A stretch of 64,000 nt of DNA. Source: Eledone cirrhosa. Taxonomy: Eukaryota. Within the stretch, counting starts at the first letter, position 1. Every line of letters starts with the position of its first letter. The notes below the pieces were generated by a model, which ran no database searches, was not told the DNA's origin, and worked only from the letters and a program-made list of their open reading frames with translations. The stretch is from positions 62,372,001 to 62,436,000 of the forward strand of contig OZ024743.1 in the NCBI GenBank assembly GCA_964016885.1, written 5' to 3'. Position numbers and translations under genes: made by a program. Of the stretch, positions 1 to 12,433 are shown piece after piece.

Positions 1-150
1 TGAAAACACTCTGTGCGAACTTCTAATTTTTGAGAAAATCCAAGGAAGCTATGATAAAAGACCATCCTCCACCTTCCACTATCTTTATTATTTTTGAATT
101 AATTTTATCGTCACTATCATAATTTTCGTTTATTTTTCTGATCAACCCAG

Positions 151-255
151 TTAAAATCTCCAGAGGAGATACCCCAGTAACCCCTGAATCAACTGCTCCT
201 ACTCTCACACACTCAGACACTCAGTCACACGAAAGAGTACCCACTAAAAATAAAG
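151..255 (+). CDS. MEGF6: MEGF6-like gene, linker exon (xKISRGDTPVTPESTAPTLTHSDTQSHERVPTKNK), phase 1-1
   Basis: T-rich tract then cccAG at 146-150; AAG|gtatgt donor at 255/256. 105 nt and open; the terminal G joins AT of the next exon to give Asp-Cys. Its position matches the S/T/P linker that precedes the laminin-type EGF array in MEGF6. Confidence 0.7.
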
Positions 256-676
256 GTATGTAAACAGTTTTTCCAGTTCTACGTAGTGTGGTTCCCCCTG
301 GCTTCTATAGACGTTACCAAATAACAAGAGAAAAGAGCAGTGGGCCTCTCTGTTTCTATCCCCAGTGCAACGGGCCATGAAGCAGATATAATATAGAGTA
401 TCCTTGCTCTTACTTCTCACTCTTCATTTCTCTGTTTCTTTCTTTTGTTCTTGCTCTTTTAATCTCTGTTCCTTCGTTTTCTTTCCCTTTATTTCTTTCC
501 CTATTTGTTGGCTGGCTTTGTGTGCCGTGGTGTGCTTTGGTGAAGATTTTACAATAACAAACATTCACATTTTCTAGGGAAATTACAGAATACTTCTGTC
601 TTTGGTGATTTTCTTTTTTTTTTCTTTTTTTTTTGGTGGAGGTGGTTTTAATTATTAATAAGAAAGAGCAAGCTTA

Positions 677-711
<35 letters not shown>

Positions 712-2649
712 ATATCACATCCTAATAATACATTGGTCAAACTACTACAACATATAGCATTGCTGTTACTACAGTATAACTGATACCCTTGTGATGGTCA
801 AACTACCATCAAAGGAGTACCAACTAGTCAAACCAGACCATTGTCAGTTTGTTAGACCAACTGATACTCTATCACAGGAGTATCAACTTGTTTAACCAGA
901 GTTTTGCGTAAGCTTCCTTTTTTTTTCTTTTGTTTGTTGTTGTTTTTTTACATTCTAATCACTCATAATTGCATCCAGAATAAATTGACATTAGAGAAAC
1001 TAAACATAATTTTTAAGTGACAACTCTTGTTATAAGAATATTTTAAGGAAATAGTAAATACAGGTAAAACACCAATGTTCTAGTAACTGATGGCCAGATC
1101 TGTCTTTTTATCTGGATTGAGTTATGAGCAGAAACTCCAATATCCCAGTGATAGAGCAGACTAGAAGGTTACTGCGTGGCATTAGATTTAATTTTAAACA
1201 TTTGCACCCTCATAATATTATAGCCGATGAGTAGCGAAAGCATTTCTAACTTCAAAATATGCTTCTAATGAATTTTATATCGTCCTGAAAAACAGATAAC
1301 CCAGCATAGGTCTATGTAGTACCTGTATTGGGTGAATTGTTAGATACTCTGGGGGTGAATTTCCTATCATTTTCTCTGTTCTTTTCTCAAACTCTAACGA
1401 GTCTCCATTAACATTTAGTTATACTCTCAATTAGTGGTGAATTGGCAGAATGGTTCGAGCGTCAGATTAAATGCCTTGATCTTTGTTCCGGTTCTCTGAG
1501 CTCTAAGTTGAAATCCTGCCATAATCAACTTTGCCTTTCATCCTTTCATGGTCTTTAGTACCAGTAAAGAGGGTAGTGGATTAGCAGTTTTGTTAAAGAG
1601 TAGGACAGGATATTTTGCTGTATCTGAAATGGCTCTGAGTTCAAATCACGCCTTCTTCTGCCAGGAGTTGCGAGCAGAAGACAGTATACACAATAGAAAG
1701 TCCAATGTAAACATTATTTCTTTAGTCGAATCTTACGATCGGCTTCTTTCCTTTTTCAATTAGTTACTCTCTGCAAAACTTAAATCCATTTCTTTAGAAA
1801 AGATAGAAAATGTTTATCACGAAATCAAAAGAAAATAATAAACTTGAAAAATAATTTAGATCTGAAAATCTTGAGTAAAAAATATCTCAGTTTTGTAGAA
1901 GAAAAGATGTATGTGTGTGTTCAGGTCGCACAGCAAAATATATATTGAAAATATACGAACATTTACAAAATACATATAGACTTATCTAACAACTCCCCTA
2001 TTCGGTTTTACATTAATCCAACTTTATTAATTGAGCATGATTCTTAAAACATATAACTAAATGGGAGTGATGTTGGGGTATTCCAAGTGATTTTGTGAAG
2101 TTGTAAATGAGAAACAGTTCGATGATTGCATAAACGAAGTGTTTTTGTTTGTTTATTTGTTGTTGTTTTTTGTACTAGTTGGCTTATAACAGTTAAAAGG
2201 TAAACATATGAAACCGGAGATATATGTTAGTAAAGAAGTTGTGATATTCCTATCTAACCTAAGATTATTAGTGACGTACGTGAAACAGTTTAAACTGTGA
2301 TGGTTTGTCAGTTCAAATTTCGCGCTAGCGAGCTATGAATCCACGTTGATATGGGCTAGGGTAGATCACTCTCAAAGAAGTTAGGAATAAAGGGGAGATA
2401 ATTATAGTCACATGTCAAACATTAACCTGTTTGAAACAGTTCCTAGTTCTAGCATACAAACCTGTTTTAAAGTGTTTTATCTAAAAACATTGTCATAATT
2501 TTATGTAAGAATCATTGATAAATTATGTTCCAAACACCAACTTAATAATGTGAAAGTTAGTTATATTAATAAATCTTTCAAAACCATTGATTATTTTCCA
2601 AATGATTTTAAAATCGTAAACAGTGTTTTTCATTAGAAATAGAGTAATA

Positions 2650-2742
2650 ATAATAATTGTTTCTACTTTGGGCACAAGGCCAGCAATTATTTCAGTGTAT
2701 TACTGGTACTTTATTTTATCGACCCCGTAAGGATGAAAGGCA
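2650..2742 (-). mobile_element. 5'-truncated SINE family A copy abutting a LINE (ATT)n tail
   Basis: Reverse complement of the shared core GCCTTTCATCCTTACGGGGTCGATAAAATAAAGTACC...GTAGAAACAATTATT. Confidence 0.8.
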
Positions 2743-2789
<47 letters not shown>

Positions 2790-4590
2790 AATTATTGTGT
2801 AGAGTGCTCAGGTGCACTACAACTCGTCAAAGGTGCATGTATAGTACATAGAATAATATACAAATGTCAGGGAAGTGAATAGTGTATGAGTCATGATATA
2901 CATGTGTGCATGTGTATGGATGGGGGAATATTCGGTGTAGTGTTGGCGAATCTCAGGAGGTTTTAAAGGATGCAGTGTCTCGACAGCTAACAACCGATGC
3001 AGGTAGTTTGTTCCATGCTTCAGCAACTCTGAGCGTGAAAAAATGTTTCCGAAATTCATGGGAGCTGTGCTGTTTTCTGACTTTGTAGGGATGCCCATGT
3101 GTGTTAGACACATGGAAATCAAAAAGGTTCTCAGGGTTGTTGTTGGCAAGATGGTAGTAATGTTGTGGGTGTTTACCAAGTCAGTTGCCAGACGTTGGAG
3201 CTTCAGGGAAGCAAGGCATTCAGAGTATGGTAGATGCCTGATGGAGGGTATTCGCTTGGTTGCACGTCTCTGAACAGTTTTCAGGCGGTCAATGTTCTGA
3301 GCAAGATAGGGGTTCCAGACTGGTGATGCAAATTCTAAATGTGGCCACACCATAGCTATATACAGCTTTAAATAGATAGCTGGAGAGCGGCTGACAAAGG
3401 TCTTGCTGAGTGATGCTAAAACACCATCGGCCTTCTTGACAATTTTAGAGACGTGTTTCGTCCAACGCAAATTGCTGCCCAGGTCACGTCCACAAGAAGA
3501 CTTCTTGATATTAGTTCTGTGGAGGGAGTATGTGGGCGCTGGGTTTTTACTCCCAAAATGCTTGGTGGTACACTTGTCCACAGCCAACTTGAGTTGCCTG
3601 TCTGTGATCCATTGCTGCATTGTATCCAGGTCAGATTGCAGGCAAGATCTATAGTGTTCAGGATCGGTCCTTTTTATCTCAAGGTACACCTTGATGTCAT
3701 CTGAATATTTCAGTACTGTGGCATTCTTTAAGTTGGCATTTATGTCATTAATATATGCCACAAACAAAAGGGGGCCAAGAACAGATCCTGTGGTACACCA
3801 GATGACATCTCATATGGTGAGGAATGCTTTCCTAGAACCGTGACTATCTCTCTTCGACTGAGAATGAAGAACTTCAACCAGTTAAAAAGATCATCCTTCA
3901 CACCCATTGCAGAGAGTTTTGCCATAAATCTTTTGTGTGGCACAGAATTGAAAGCTGTAGCAAAGTCAAGGTAAACAACATCCACCCATGAACCGCCATC
4001 AGGGATCCGGGTGATGTCTTCAAGAAACTCGATAAGTTAATCACAGCAGCTGGAGTTAGGGATAAATCCAAATTGCGAGGGCTGGATAAGACTGTGAGAG
4101 TTCCAGAAGTTCCAGAGCGTTTCTCTGACACAGGATTCCATCAGTTTGGCAATGCAGCTAGTAAGATTGACTGGACGATAGTTCACAGGTGATGTGCGGT
4201 CACCCTTTTTGAACAGAGGAATGACACTGGCCGTTTTCCACTGTTCTGGAGTAGCACTGTTGTTCAGACAGAATTGGAAGAAGCGTGATAACTGGTGCAG
4301 AAGTAAGTACCCACCACGTTTGAGAAGCAGGTACGTAACACCATCAAGACCAGAAGAGGCATGGTTGCGCTTATTTTTAAGGTGACGTCGCAGCATTGCA
4401 GGTGTAAATTCCATATTTGTAATAGAATCCGATGTCAGGGGTGGTGGAGACGGTACACTCTGGTCTTCAATAGGGAAAATGCCTGCATAGCATTCAGCAA
4501 TGAGCTCTGCGCATTCCTTGGGGTCGTCAAGATTAAAGTTAGAGATGCACGAATTCTGACCCACCCTTCCTCACGCATTTATCAACATAG
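2743..4590 (-). mobile_element. 5'-truncated CR1/L2-like LINE (RT domain, frameshifted) with (ATT)n tail
   Basis: Minus-strand ORF pieces with KKGD..PVNYRP, QFGF, VYLDFA.AF.SVPH, GVPQ, KYSDD, HLEFASPVWNP and VQRRATK motifs. Confidence 0.9.
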
Positions 4591-4607
4591 CGCTAACGAC
4601 ACACACG

Positions 4608-4659
4608 CACTGCGTGTGGTAAACGTCATATATATATATGACGTTTACCACACGCAGTG
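4608..4659. repeat. Perfect 52-bp palindrome centred on (TA)n
   Basis: cactgcgtgtggtaaacgtca + tatatatata + tgacgtttaccacacgcagtg. Confidence 0.9.
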
Positions 4660-4752
4660 TAACGTGAAGTTACTGTAAGTTCACCAAGGTGAGCACTCAA
4701 TGTTTAGGTTCACGTTAGTGGCGAGGTATAGAGCTAGATAGATTGTAATATA

Positions 4753-4933
4753 ATAATACAAGGACGATTTGTTAAGCCTTCATTAGGTTTATTGATTGGT
4801 GACGTGCGTTTCGCTATTGATCAGCTCAAGGTTCGATCTGTAACGATCTGGCCCAACTCTGGAATCAAAAAGCGAAACGCGCTTCACCAATCAATAAACG
4901 TAATGAAGGCTTAACAAATCGTCCTTGTATTAT
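4753..4933. repeat. Inverted repeat (about 65-bp arms) resembling Penelope-like pLTR 3' ends
   Basis: Each arm read outward has CGAAAC-GCRC-(G/T)TC, a hammerhead 3' half, followed by AATAAA; (TA)n follows the right arm. Confidence 0.7.
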
Positions 4934-5171
4934 GTATATATATATATGAGAGGGAGAGATAAGTCATAGATAGATAGATGTATGTGTGTGTTAGGCTATA
5001 TTAAATATGTATGTGTGGAGGGGTGGTGATGCCACGTTAGAATACATCTGAGAAAGCAGTGTGCTGGCTCGTTCCACTCTGAGTCAAAAACATAAACACA
5101 TTTTTCCCTCTTTCTTTTGTCTGTGCTTTTTTCCTTAAAGTCTACCACCATTCCGTTGGTATGCATCTATT

Positions 5172-5244
5172 ATGCAATTTACACCTGAAGATGTCAGCGG
5201 GTTCTTACGCAACCTGGTCACTGAAATGTGCATAGTATTTGCAG
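5172..5244 (+). ncRNA. Degenerate type I hammerhead-like motif
   Basis: CTGAAGA (5185-5191), hairpin GGTT/AACC, GAAA (5223-5226), T-GTGC-A-TA, flanking TGCAA/TTGCA pairing; stem I is imperfect. Confidence 0.45.
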
Positions 5245-5459
5245 AAATTAGAAATTAAGGAAATTCAACATATTTGGCCTCCTGTCTTTTCACTCTATAA
5301 TACATTTACTCCGTTTACGCACCACCAGCATGATTCAACATCAAAGATGGATGAGTTGCACAACGTCGAGTGGTTTTATCGTATTACGTCATGATTAACA
5401 TTGCAGAATGACCCATTCTACCCAGTAGTAAACCACCAAATTTAAACGAGTATATATAT

Positions 5460-5480
5460 GTGTATGTGTGTGTGTGTGCG

Positions 5481-5578
<98 letters not shown>
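5460..5578. repeat. (GT)n(GA)n microsatellite
   Basis: Directly visible. Confidence 0.95.
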
Positions 5579-5959
5579 TTTGAGATATTCTGCACAACAA
5601 AAATATAAATGTGCTCGTTACATCCTTGTGTTAGAAATGATAATTGCCATAGGTCCTACAATGTCCTTCTTATACAAAACCTGTTGCAAATATCCTAATA
5701 TCTTCATCCTGTATATTGTTTGAATATGTTATCAATTAATCTTAAATGATAACCTATCTAATTAAATATAAATTAAATGATAATAAAGAATGCTACAGAA
5801 TTCTGATATAATATATATGTAAAATACCGACTTTCTTATTCTACAACCAGGTGTTTCGGGTTAAATATTACATTAAAAATTAGATTTTGCGAGCATGTTG
5901 TTAAAAAACATTAGAATTAAACCTGCATCGATGTTTGTATCTGTTTTGTCGTTTCCTTG

Positions 5960-5962
<3 letters not shown>

Positions 5963-6045
<83 letters not shown>
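5963..6045. repeat. (TA)n microsatellite
   Basis: Directly visible; similar tracts near 8170-8232, 9245-9279, 10830-10905, 38208-38251, 53814-53845 and 60118-60172. Confidence 0.95.
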
Positions 6046-6048
<3 letters not shown>

Positions 6049-7002
6049 GTTAGAAAGGGAGAGAGAGTGACGGAGGGTAGTGTTGGAAAGACAACATGAT
6101 ATTAACTCTTTTTCTATATTTCTAATGAAAGACACTGTCTATAATTTTCAAATAATTTTGAAAATAATCAAGAATTTTGAGAGATTTAGTAAGATTTATA
6201 AAGTTGGTGTTCGGAAGATAACTTAACAAAGGTTCTTTTAAACAACTGTAAACAGTTTTGTATCATAGAACCAGGGGCAGTTTTAAGCAGTTTAATATCA
6301 AAATATTTAAGGTCAAATTATAGCTGTTGTAAGAGAATCCAAACAATTACGATCAAATTCTGCTTGTACATGGTAAATACCAAAAGATTGAAGGTCAAAC
6401 ATTGGATGTCTGAGAAGAAATAGAAACAAGGTTTAGGTTATTATATAAATAACGAGAGTATTGGTGTAATGTAACAATTGTCTTTGATATATTATTATCA
6501 GGGTTTAACGTTAAAACTGGTTGCCTCTAGAAGAAAATATATATTTCGTTTGAATATGTAATTAAGTATGTATATATGCGAATATATTGGAATTGTATGG
6601 AATATATATATTTATGTGTCTATATGCTAGTATATATGTACATAATTTCGTGCACATGCATGTATGTATAGATGTAGATACAGGTATATGTAAATATATC
6701 TATAGACTGCTGTGTTCACATGAACATGTGTGTTTTGTATATATGTTTGCATGGGTGTATATTAGACATGGTTCTATTTCGATCATTGGTGTTATATTTC
6801 ACTGTAAAGTTGGCTAAAGCCCATCAAAGTCTATACATACATACACCACATACATACACATAACATACATACATATCTACATGCATGTATGCATACACCA
6901 CACACACTCATACATACACACACACATACATACACACATACATACGTGTATGTGTGTATGTTTAGATATAGTCAATGCATATAACATTATTATTAAGAAG
7001 GG

Positions 7003-7197
7003 CGTTGGATTGGCAATATCGGTAGAGGGTCGGGCGCTATGCCTTGCAGCACAGAGTTACGCCCCTTTATGATCTGAGTTCAAATCCCGCCAAGGTTAAC
7101 TTTGCCTTTCATCCTTACGGGGTCGATAAAATAAAGTACCAGTAATGCACTGGGTAATTGCTGGCCTTGTGCCAAAAGTAGAAATAATTATTATTAA
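7003..7197 (+). mobile_element. SINE family A (tRNA-like head, Deu/Nin-like core, (ATT)n tail)
   Basis: A-box-like TGGCAATATCGGTAGAG, B-box GAGTTCAAATCC and core CCTTTCATCCTTACGGGGTCGATAAAAT. Further copies near 1435, 12055, 21730, 26283, 29060(-), 34850(-), 37565, 41510, 47920(-), 56390(-), 59282 and 62045(-). Confidence 0.85.
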
Positions 7198-7246
7198 GAA
7201 AGAAAATTGATGATTGAATCATCAACAAACAATTCATTTATAAATA

Positions 7247-7347
7247 CAGGGTATCCCTCAAAAATGTATACACACTTCAACAGCATTCTAATAAATATTA
7301 CCTGTACAGGTAATCAAAGTGTGTATACATTTTGCGGGGACACCCTA
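7247..7347. mobile_element. Tc1/mariner-type MITE
   Basis: TA|CAGGGTATCCCTCAAAAATGTATACACACTT ... AAGTGTGTATACATTTTGCGGGGACACCCTA|TA imperfect TIRs with TA flanks. Confidence 0.7.
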
Positions 7348-7746
7348 TATATGTATATGCATGTAAGATGCGTGTGTGTATGTGTGTGTTATAAATGAAA
7401 TCAGTGAAATATTTACGAAAGAATCACCACACTCCATCCATCACCTGCTCTATCGCATGCTATGCTTTACTATTGGACGTTATTATTTCAAGATATATTT
7501 GCATGTAAACTGTTTAACTTACGCTTTGTTATCTCACCTGTCAATCAAATATTAATAAGTGGGCGTTAACATAATTAATATAATGAGACAAGAAATTATA
7601 ATTAGTTAAAATTACTCTCATAATGAGGAGAAATAAGCTATTATCTTAATGTTTAATTCTGGTAAAGAATGACGGTTGAGAAACCATGAAATGTAAATTA
7701 ATAACAAATTAATTGTATATAGAATGCAGTAAAAAGAATCGATTTA

Positions 7747-7801
7747 GAGACAACTTCGGATATGTTTCAATATTATTAGACCTCATCAGCAAAGGTTTCT
7801 C
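7747..7801 (-). ncRNA. Degenerate minimal hammerhead-like motif
   Basis: Minus strand: ctttg-CTGATGA-ggtctaataatatt-GAAA-catatc-cgaag. Stem I pairs; stems II and III are weakened. Confidence 0.4.
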
Positions 7802-8064
7802 TAACTGGTATAGCCAGATCTTTACTAACTTCAGAGATGAACGTCTTTCAGATCATTAAATTAAATATGTTAGCGCCCACTTTACTACTTGTTCTACACA
7901 TGCAGCAGGCGTCCCTGGGTAATTTTCTTCTTGTAATCTTACTAAAATTGTATAAGCATGTTTAGCATTTTGTAACATTAAAGTTGTGTATAAATATGTG
8001 TAGTCTACACTGATATCTTTATATATATATGAACATTAATTGAAAAGGTTTGAAGCGATGAGTG

Positions 8065-8165
8065 TATATAAATATTCGTAAAATTGGAGTATTCTCAGCG
8101 CGATTCATATAGTATCCAGCAGTTTACGGCTACCCTGCGCGCTGAGAATACCACAATTTTACAAA

Positions 8166-8176
<11 letters not shown>
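8065..8176. repeat. Inverted repeat (about 37-bp arms) between TA tracts
   Basis: tataaatattcgtaaaattggagtattctcagcgcg ... cgcgctgagaataccacaattttacaaatatttata. Confidence 0.8.
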
Positions 8177-8234
<58 letters not shown>

Positions 8235-8693
8235 GGTTAAGAATGGTTTTCTGAGGCAGAACGCAGGGGAAAACGGTTAAATAAGGTATTCAAAAAGATA
8301 AATGGAGAGAGAAACGAATCATATATCGTTTGAGAAGCTCAGTATTTTATACATATATATATATTATATATATAAAGCAAATACTATTCAGGAAAATATA
8401 AGTATTTTATATGTGTACAAAATATTACATAGGATAGATGATTCTCTCTCTACATATATCTTTTAAATTCAAATTATTGATGCTCTGAACTAAGATCCAT
8501 TGAGCTTATTTATTGAGCAACATGATTCTCATACATATTAGATATGTATTGATACCTTAACATAGTATATATATGTGTGTCTGTGTCTGTGTGTAGGTGT
8601 AAAAGGTAAACAGAAATAACAAAAATAACTAAACAAATGACACAGTACATGGTAGAAATATATTAGTTTAACATTTGAAATAGCAGGAAGACA

Positions 8694-8732
8694 GACTTAA
8701 CGTTTCGGACACTAGTTCTTCATCAGAAGATA
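8694..8732 (-). ncRNA. Minimal hammerhead-like motif with palindromic stem III (ACGT)
   Basis: Minus strand: ctt-CTGATGA-agaactagtgtcc-GAAA-cgtt-aag. Decayed relatives at about 40296-40330 (+) and 44635-44668 (+). Confidence 0.55.
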
Positions 8733-9235
8733 GAGTTATAAATAGAAGATAAATGGAAGGTAAAGAGTGCTGAGAGGAATGAACGAGAAAAATGAGAAAA
8801 AGAAATTGGGGAGAAAAAAAAACCATTCGGTGTGTATATATACACATACACTCACACAGGTATATCATCTAATAATAATGATGAAAATGATACTATTTCA
8901 GTGCTGTCATTTAACATAACAATAATATTATGTTGCATTATCCTCACACCGTAAATATTTGCTAATATTTCGTTTGACACTCATTGTAGCATGCTGTATT
9001 GTATATTGTCTAAATTGATATAATAATTACGTAACATCTAACGTTGTAACAATGTATTATTAATATATGAATGTGCTATTGTATTATTTTGACACAATAA
9101 TACTGTATTGTGTCTATTTTGTTGCTGTTGTTGCATCTTATAATGTATGATCTGACAATGCATTGTTATGCTTCGTTCTTTTCTTTACTTGTATTGTTTG
9201 TGTCGGTGTCAGATATTGTATCATATTGTGTGTGA

Positions 9236-9281
<46 letters not shown>

Positions 9282-9540
9282 AAGGTATATATTGAGTTAG
9301 AAACTCAAAATAGTCTCTCACAATAAAACAGCTCCAGGAAAGAGATTTTTCCGAGCCGTATATTATAATTGAATATAAAAGAAAAACGAACACAGACATA
9401 TACATATATGTGTTCAAATGGTAAGGGACCAGATTCGCTAAGGTGAAAAGAATACTAACTATAGACAATAGGGTTTGCCAGACTCAATTTAAGAATAAAT
9501 CAAGAAAATAAATACAAACCGGAATTGTGGTAACTACCAA

Positions 9541-9620
9541 TCACCCAGACAGCTTTGGTAATGCTGTTTCGCAAAATTAATTGTGAAGAGGAATACCAAT
9601 TCTTGCTCATCAGTGGGTGA
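9541..9620 (-). ncRNA. Canonical type I hammerhead ribozyme
   Basis: Minus strand: TCACCCA-CTGATGA-GCAAGA...TTTTGC-GAAA-CAGC-attaccaaa-GCTG-TC|TGGGTGA. All core nucleotides, three stems and a GUC cleavage triplet are present. Confidence 0.9.
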
Positions 9621-10120
9621 AGAATTAGTATCCTGGACACTTCTAAGTATATTAAAAAACTGAATAGTGTGTGTATATATATAATAACGCACATGGTATC
9701 TGAACTTAGTGCGTCTCGCAAACTCACACTACTAAAAATAGCAGCCAGGTTTACTCGACATTTGAATTAGCTCAATAAATTAACGGAGCCGAATATATCA
9801 AAGGTATATATTGAGTTAGAAACTCAAAATAGTCTCTTACAATAAAATAGCTCTAAGAAAGAGATTTTTCCGAGCCGTATATTATAACTGAATATAAAAG
9901 AAAAACAAACACAGATATATACATATATGTGTTCAAATCGTAAGGGACCAGATTCGCTAAGGTGAAAAGAATACTAACTATAGACAATAGGGTTTGCCAG
10001 ACTCAATTTAAGTGGTGTGAGTTTGTGAGACACGCTAAGTTCAGATATCATGTGCGTTATTATATATAGCACACTATTCAGTTTTTTAATATACTTAGAA
10101 GTGTCCAGGATACTAATTCT

Positions 10121-10200
10121 TCACCCACTGATGAGCAAGAATTGGTATTCCTCTTCACAATTAATTTTGCTAAACAGCATTACCAAAGCTGTCTGGGTGA
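10121..10200 (+). ncRNA. Hammerhead ribozyme copy with catalytic G12 changed to T (predicted inactive)
   Basis: Same sequence as the 9541-9620 motif except GAAA to TAAA at 10171. Confidence 0.8.
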
Positions 10201-10399
10201 TTGGTAGTTACCACAATTCCGGTTTGTATTTATTTTCTTGATTTATTCTTAAATTGAGTCTGGCAAACCCTATTATCTATATTCAGTATTTTTTTCACCT
10301 TAGCGAATCTGGTCCCTTACCATTTGAACACATATATGTATATGTCTGTGTTCGTTTTTCTTTTATATTCAATTATATATATACTCGTATATATATATT

Positions 10400-10722
10400 T
10401 AAGTTAAGTTCTCCTTCGGTCAAGGTTGACCATGGGTAGTACCCTGTTGTCAGCTCGGCTGGAGCAGCGTCTCCGGTGGCTAAACAGACCTATACGTAAG
10501 TGAAAGTCTCTGTCACATTGAACACATCTGTATATGGTCTCTTGTCTGTTAGATTTATTGCGCTCCTCTCGCTGGGCTCTCCTGTCCGCTGCTGCAGTCA
10601 TCGAACTCTCCTCCCCTGATTTGAGGTGTTGATTCAGGGTGTTTCTCCATCTTGACCGGTCAGCTGCGAGGTCCTCCCAGACTCTGTGTTGATCTCAATG
10701 GCCTTCATATATCTCTTCACAG
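10400..10722 (-). mobile_element. 3' end of an RTE-type LINE (C-terminal C2H2-like finger)
   Basis: CVQCDRDFHLRIGLFSHRRRC and [13 protein letters not shown] on the minus strand. Confidence 0.65.
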
Positions 10723-10827
10723 TGTATATGTATATACATACATACATACATACATACATACATACATACATACATACATACATACATACATACATACATA
10801 CATACACACACGATGTTACAATCCATA

Positions 10828-10923
<96 letters not shown>

Positions 10924-11734
10924 GTAAGGTGGTGCCATAGACCAGAATGCCACACAATACTTTTTTTTAATCTGAGAAAAGAGAGCCAACGCTTTATTTT
11001 GTCATCTGAGGGTGTTTTCTCCCATTGTATTTTGATATTGTCGTTGATCGTTCTTTTATTGTACATTAAACAATATGAAAACGTCAGTGATTGTATCTTG
11101 TCATATGCCATCACCATATCATACATCTGTCATCTTTTGTAACTTTGCAAAGTCATGTCAAAAATATGTACACAGAGACATGGATATAAGCTAGCGCTGA
11201 GTCAACTGCAAAGTGTTCACACTGAGCTGGTCTTTACATCTATGATTGACGTGTTTACAGGGCTGGAATCTAGACTAATCCTATTATGTACGCCGCCTCT
11301 TCCATTTATGTGCCCTCTTTCTCTCAAAGAAAATAATTTCAACTTACAGTCTGGCAAACTGACGGACCTAGTTTTTGACACTTCTTGCTCTAGCCATACT
11401 AAGAAAATTATTTTCTATTACAGTCTACACTTTAGTAAGATCGTATGACATGTCATAGCCTCCAACCTCTAAAAACCCAAACATGAAGTACCATGAAAAA
11501 AGTGCCCCGAAAGCTATACCCATTTTCACAAGAGAAGCCATCTCTCACTCACTTCAAAGTGGGTGGGAGATCTCCCCGTCGGACGAGGAGAGTTGACAGG
11601 TCTGGCATGTCATAACACCATGCGACTCTCTCCACGGCTTTCGATATTTCCACAATGTTGTTATACAGCACAGATGTTAAGCGATTTATTTATTGAACGC
11701 AGGAAAGTATTATCTCTAGGTATGTCCCGACACT

Positions 11735-11945
11735 TTCGTGTGTCACCGAAAATCTCTAGGTGAGTCACGACCGCCAATAATCTCTAGATGTGTCACGACA
11801 TTTTAATGTGTCACCAATAATCTCTAGATGTGTCACCAATAATCTCTAGATGTGTCACGACATTTTAATGTGTCACCAATAATCTCTAGATGTGTCCTGA
11901 CATTTTAATGTGTCACCAATAATCTCTAGATGTGTCCTAACATCT
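11735..11945. repeat. About 40-bp minisatellite (ccaataatctctagatgtgtcacgacattttaatgtgtca)
   Basis: About five imperfect tandem copies are visible. Confidence 0.85.
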
Positions 11946-11949
11946 AGGC

Positions 11950-12433
11950 CAGGGGTGGGAAACCTTTTCATGCTGAAAGGCTTCATTAAGTTACTTGTAA
12001 TATAAGGCCGCATTCAAGAAATCTTAATCACATATTCTTAAAATCTACAGGGGGCGGTAAATTGGCAGAATCGGTAGAGCGTCGGACACAATGCTTAGCG
12101 GCAAAGAGTTACGGTCCTTTACTTTCTAAGTTCAAATCCAGCCGAGGTCAGCTTTGTCTTTCATCCTTACGGGATCGATAAAATAAAGCACCAGTAATGC
12201 ACTGGGGTCGATTTAATCAACTTTCCCCTCCACTTCAAATTGCTGACCCTGTGCCTAAAGTAGAAACAATTAATTATCTAACAAATGGAAAAAATATGTT
12301 TGTCTTGTGATTTAAATTAAAATAATAAGAGATAGACAAAAGACATTAATAAAAATGTTTAATTTGCTGGAAATGTTGATTCTTCAAAATGCCGCATGGA
12401 ATAGCATAGAAGGCCACAGGTTCCCTATCACTG
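11950..12433. mobile_element. hAT (Charlie-like) MITE with a nested SINE A
   Basis: CAGGGGTGGGAAACCT...AGGTTCCCTATCACTG termini; near-perfect 8-bp TSD atctaggc/ctctaggc. Confidence 0.75.

Larger units (their letters stand above)
9280..10378. mobile_element. Non-coding hammerhead-bearing element (Penelope-pLTR or retrozyme-like): 519-bp unit, partial tandem copy and inverted copy, between TA tracts
   Basis: 9799-10012 repeats 9280-9493 directly; about 10011-10376 is the reverse complement of about 9363-9733. No credible ORF. Confidence 0.8.

Noticed and set aside
1221-1248. Micro-hammerhead TAG-CCGATGA-GTAGC-GAAA-GCATTT-CTA
   Set aside because: Core U4 is altered and all stems are 1-3 bp; cannot be distinguished from chance.
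7003-7197. tRNA genes at SINE heads
   Set aside because: A and B boxes are present but there is no cloverleaf; they are always fused to the SINE body and tail.
5395-11142. ORFs rich in HT, VC, YI or IHTY repeats
   Set aside because: Artefacts of di- and tetranucleotide microsatellites.
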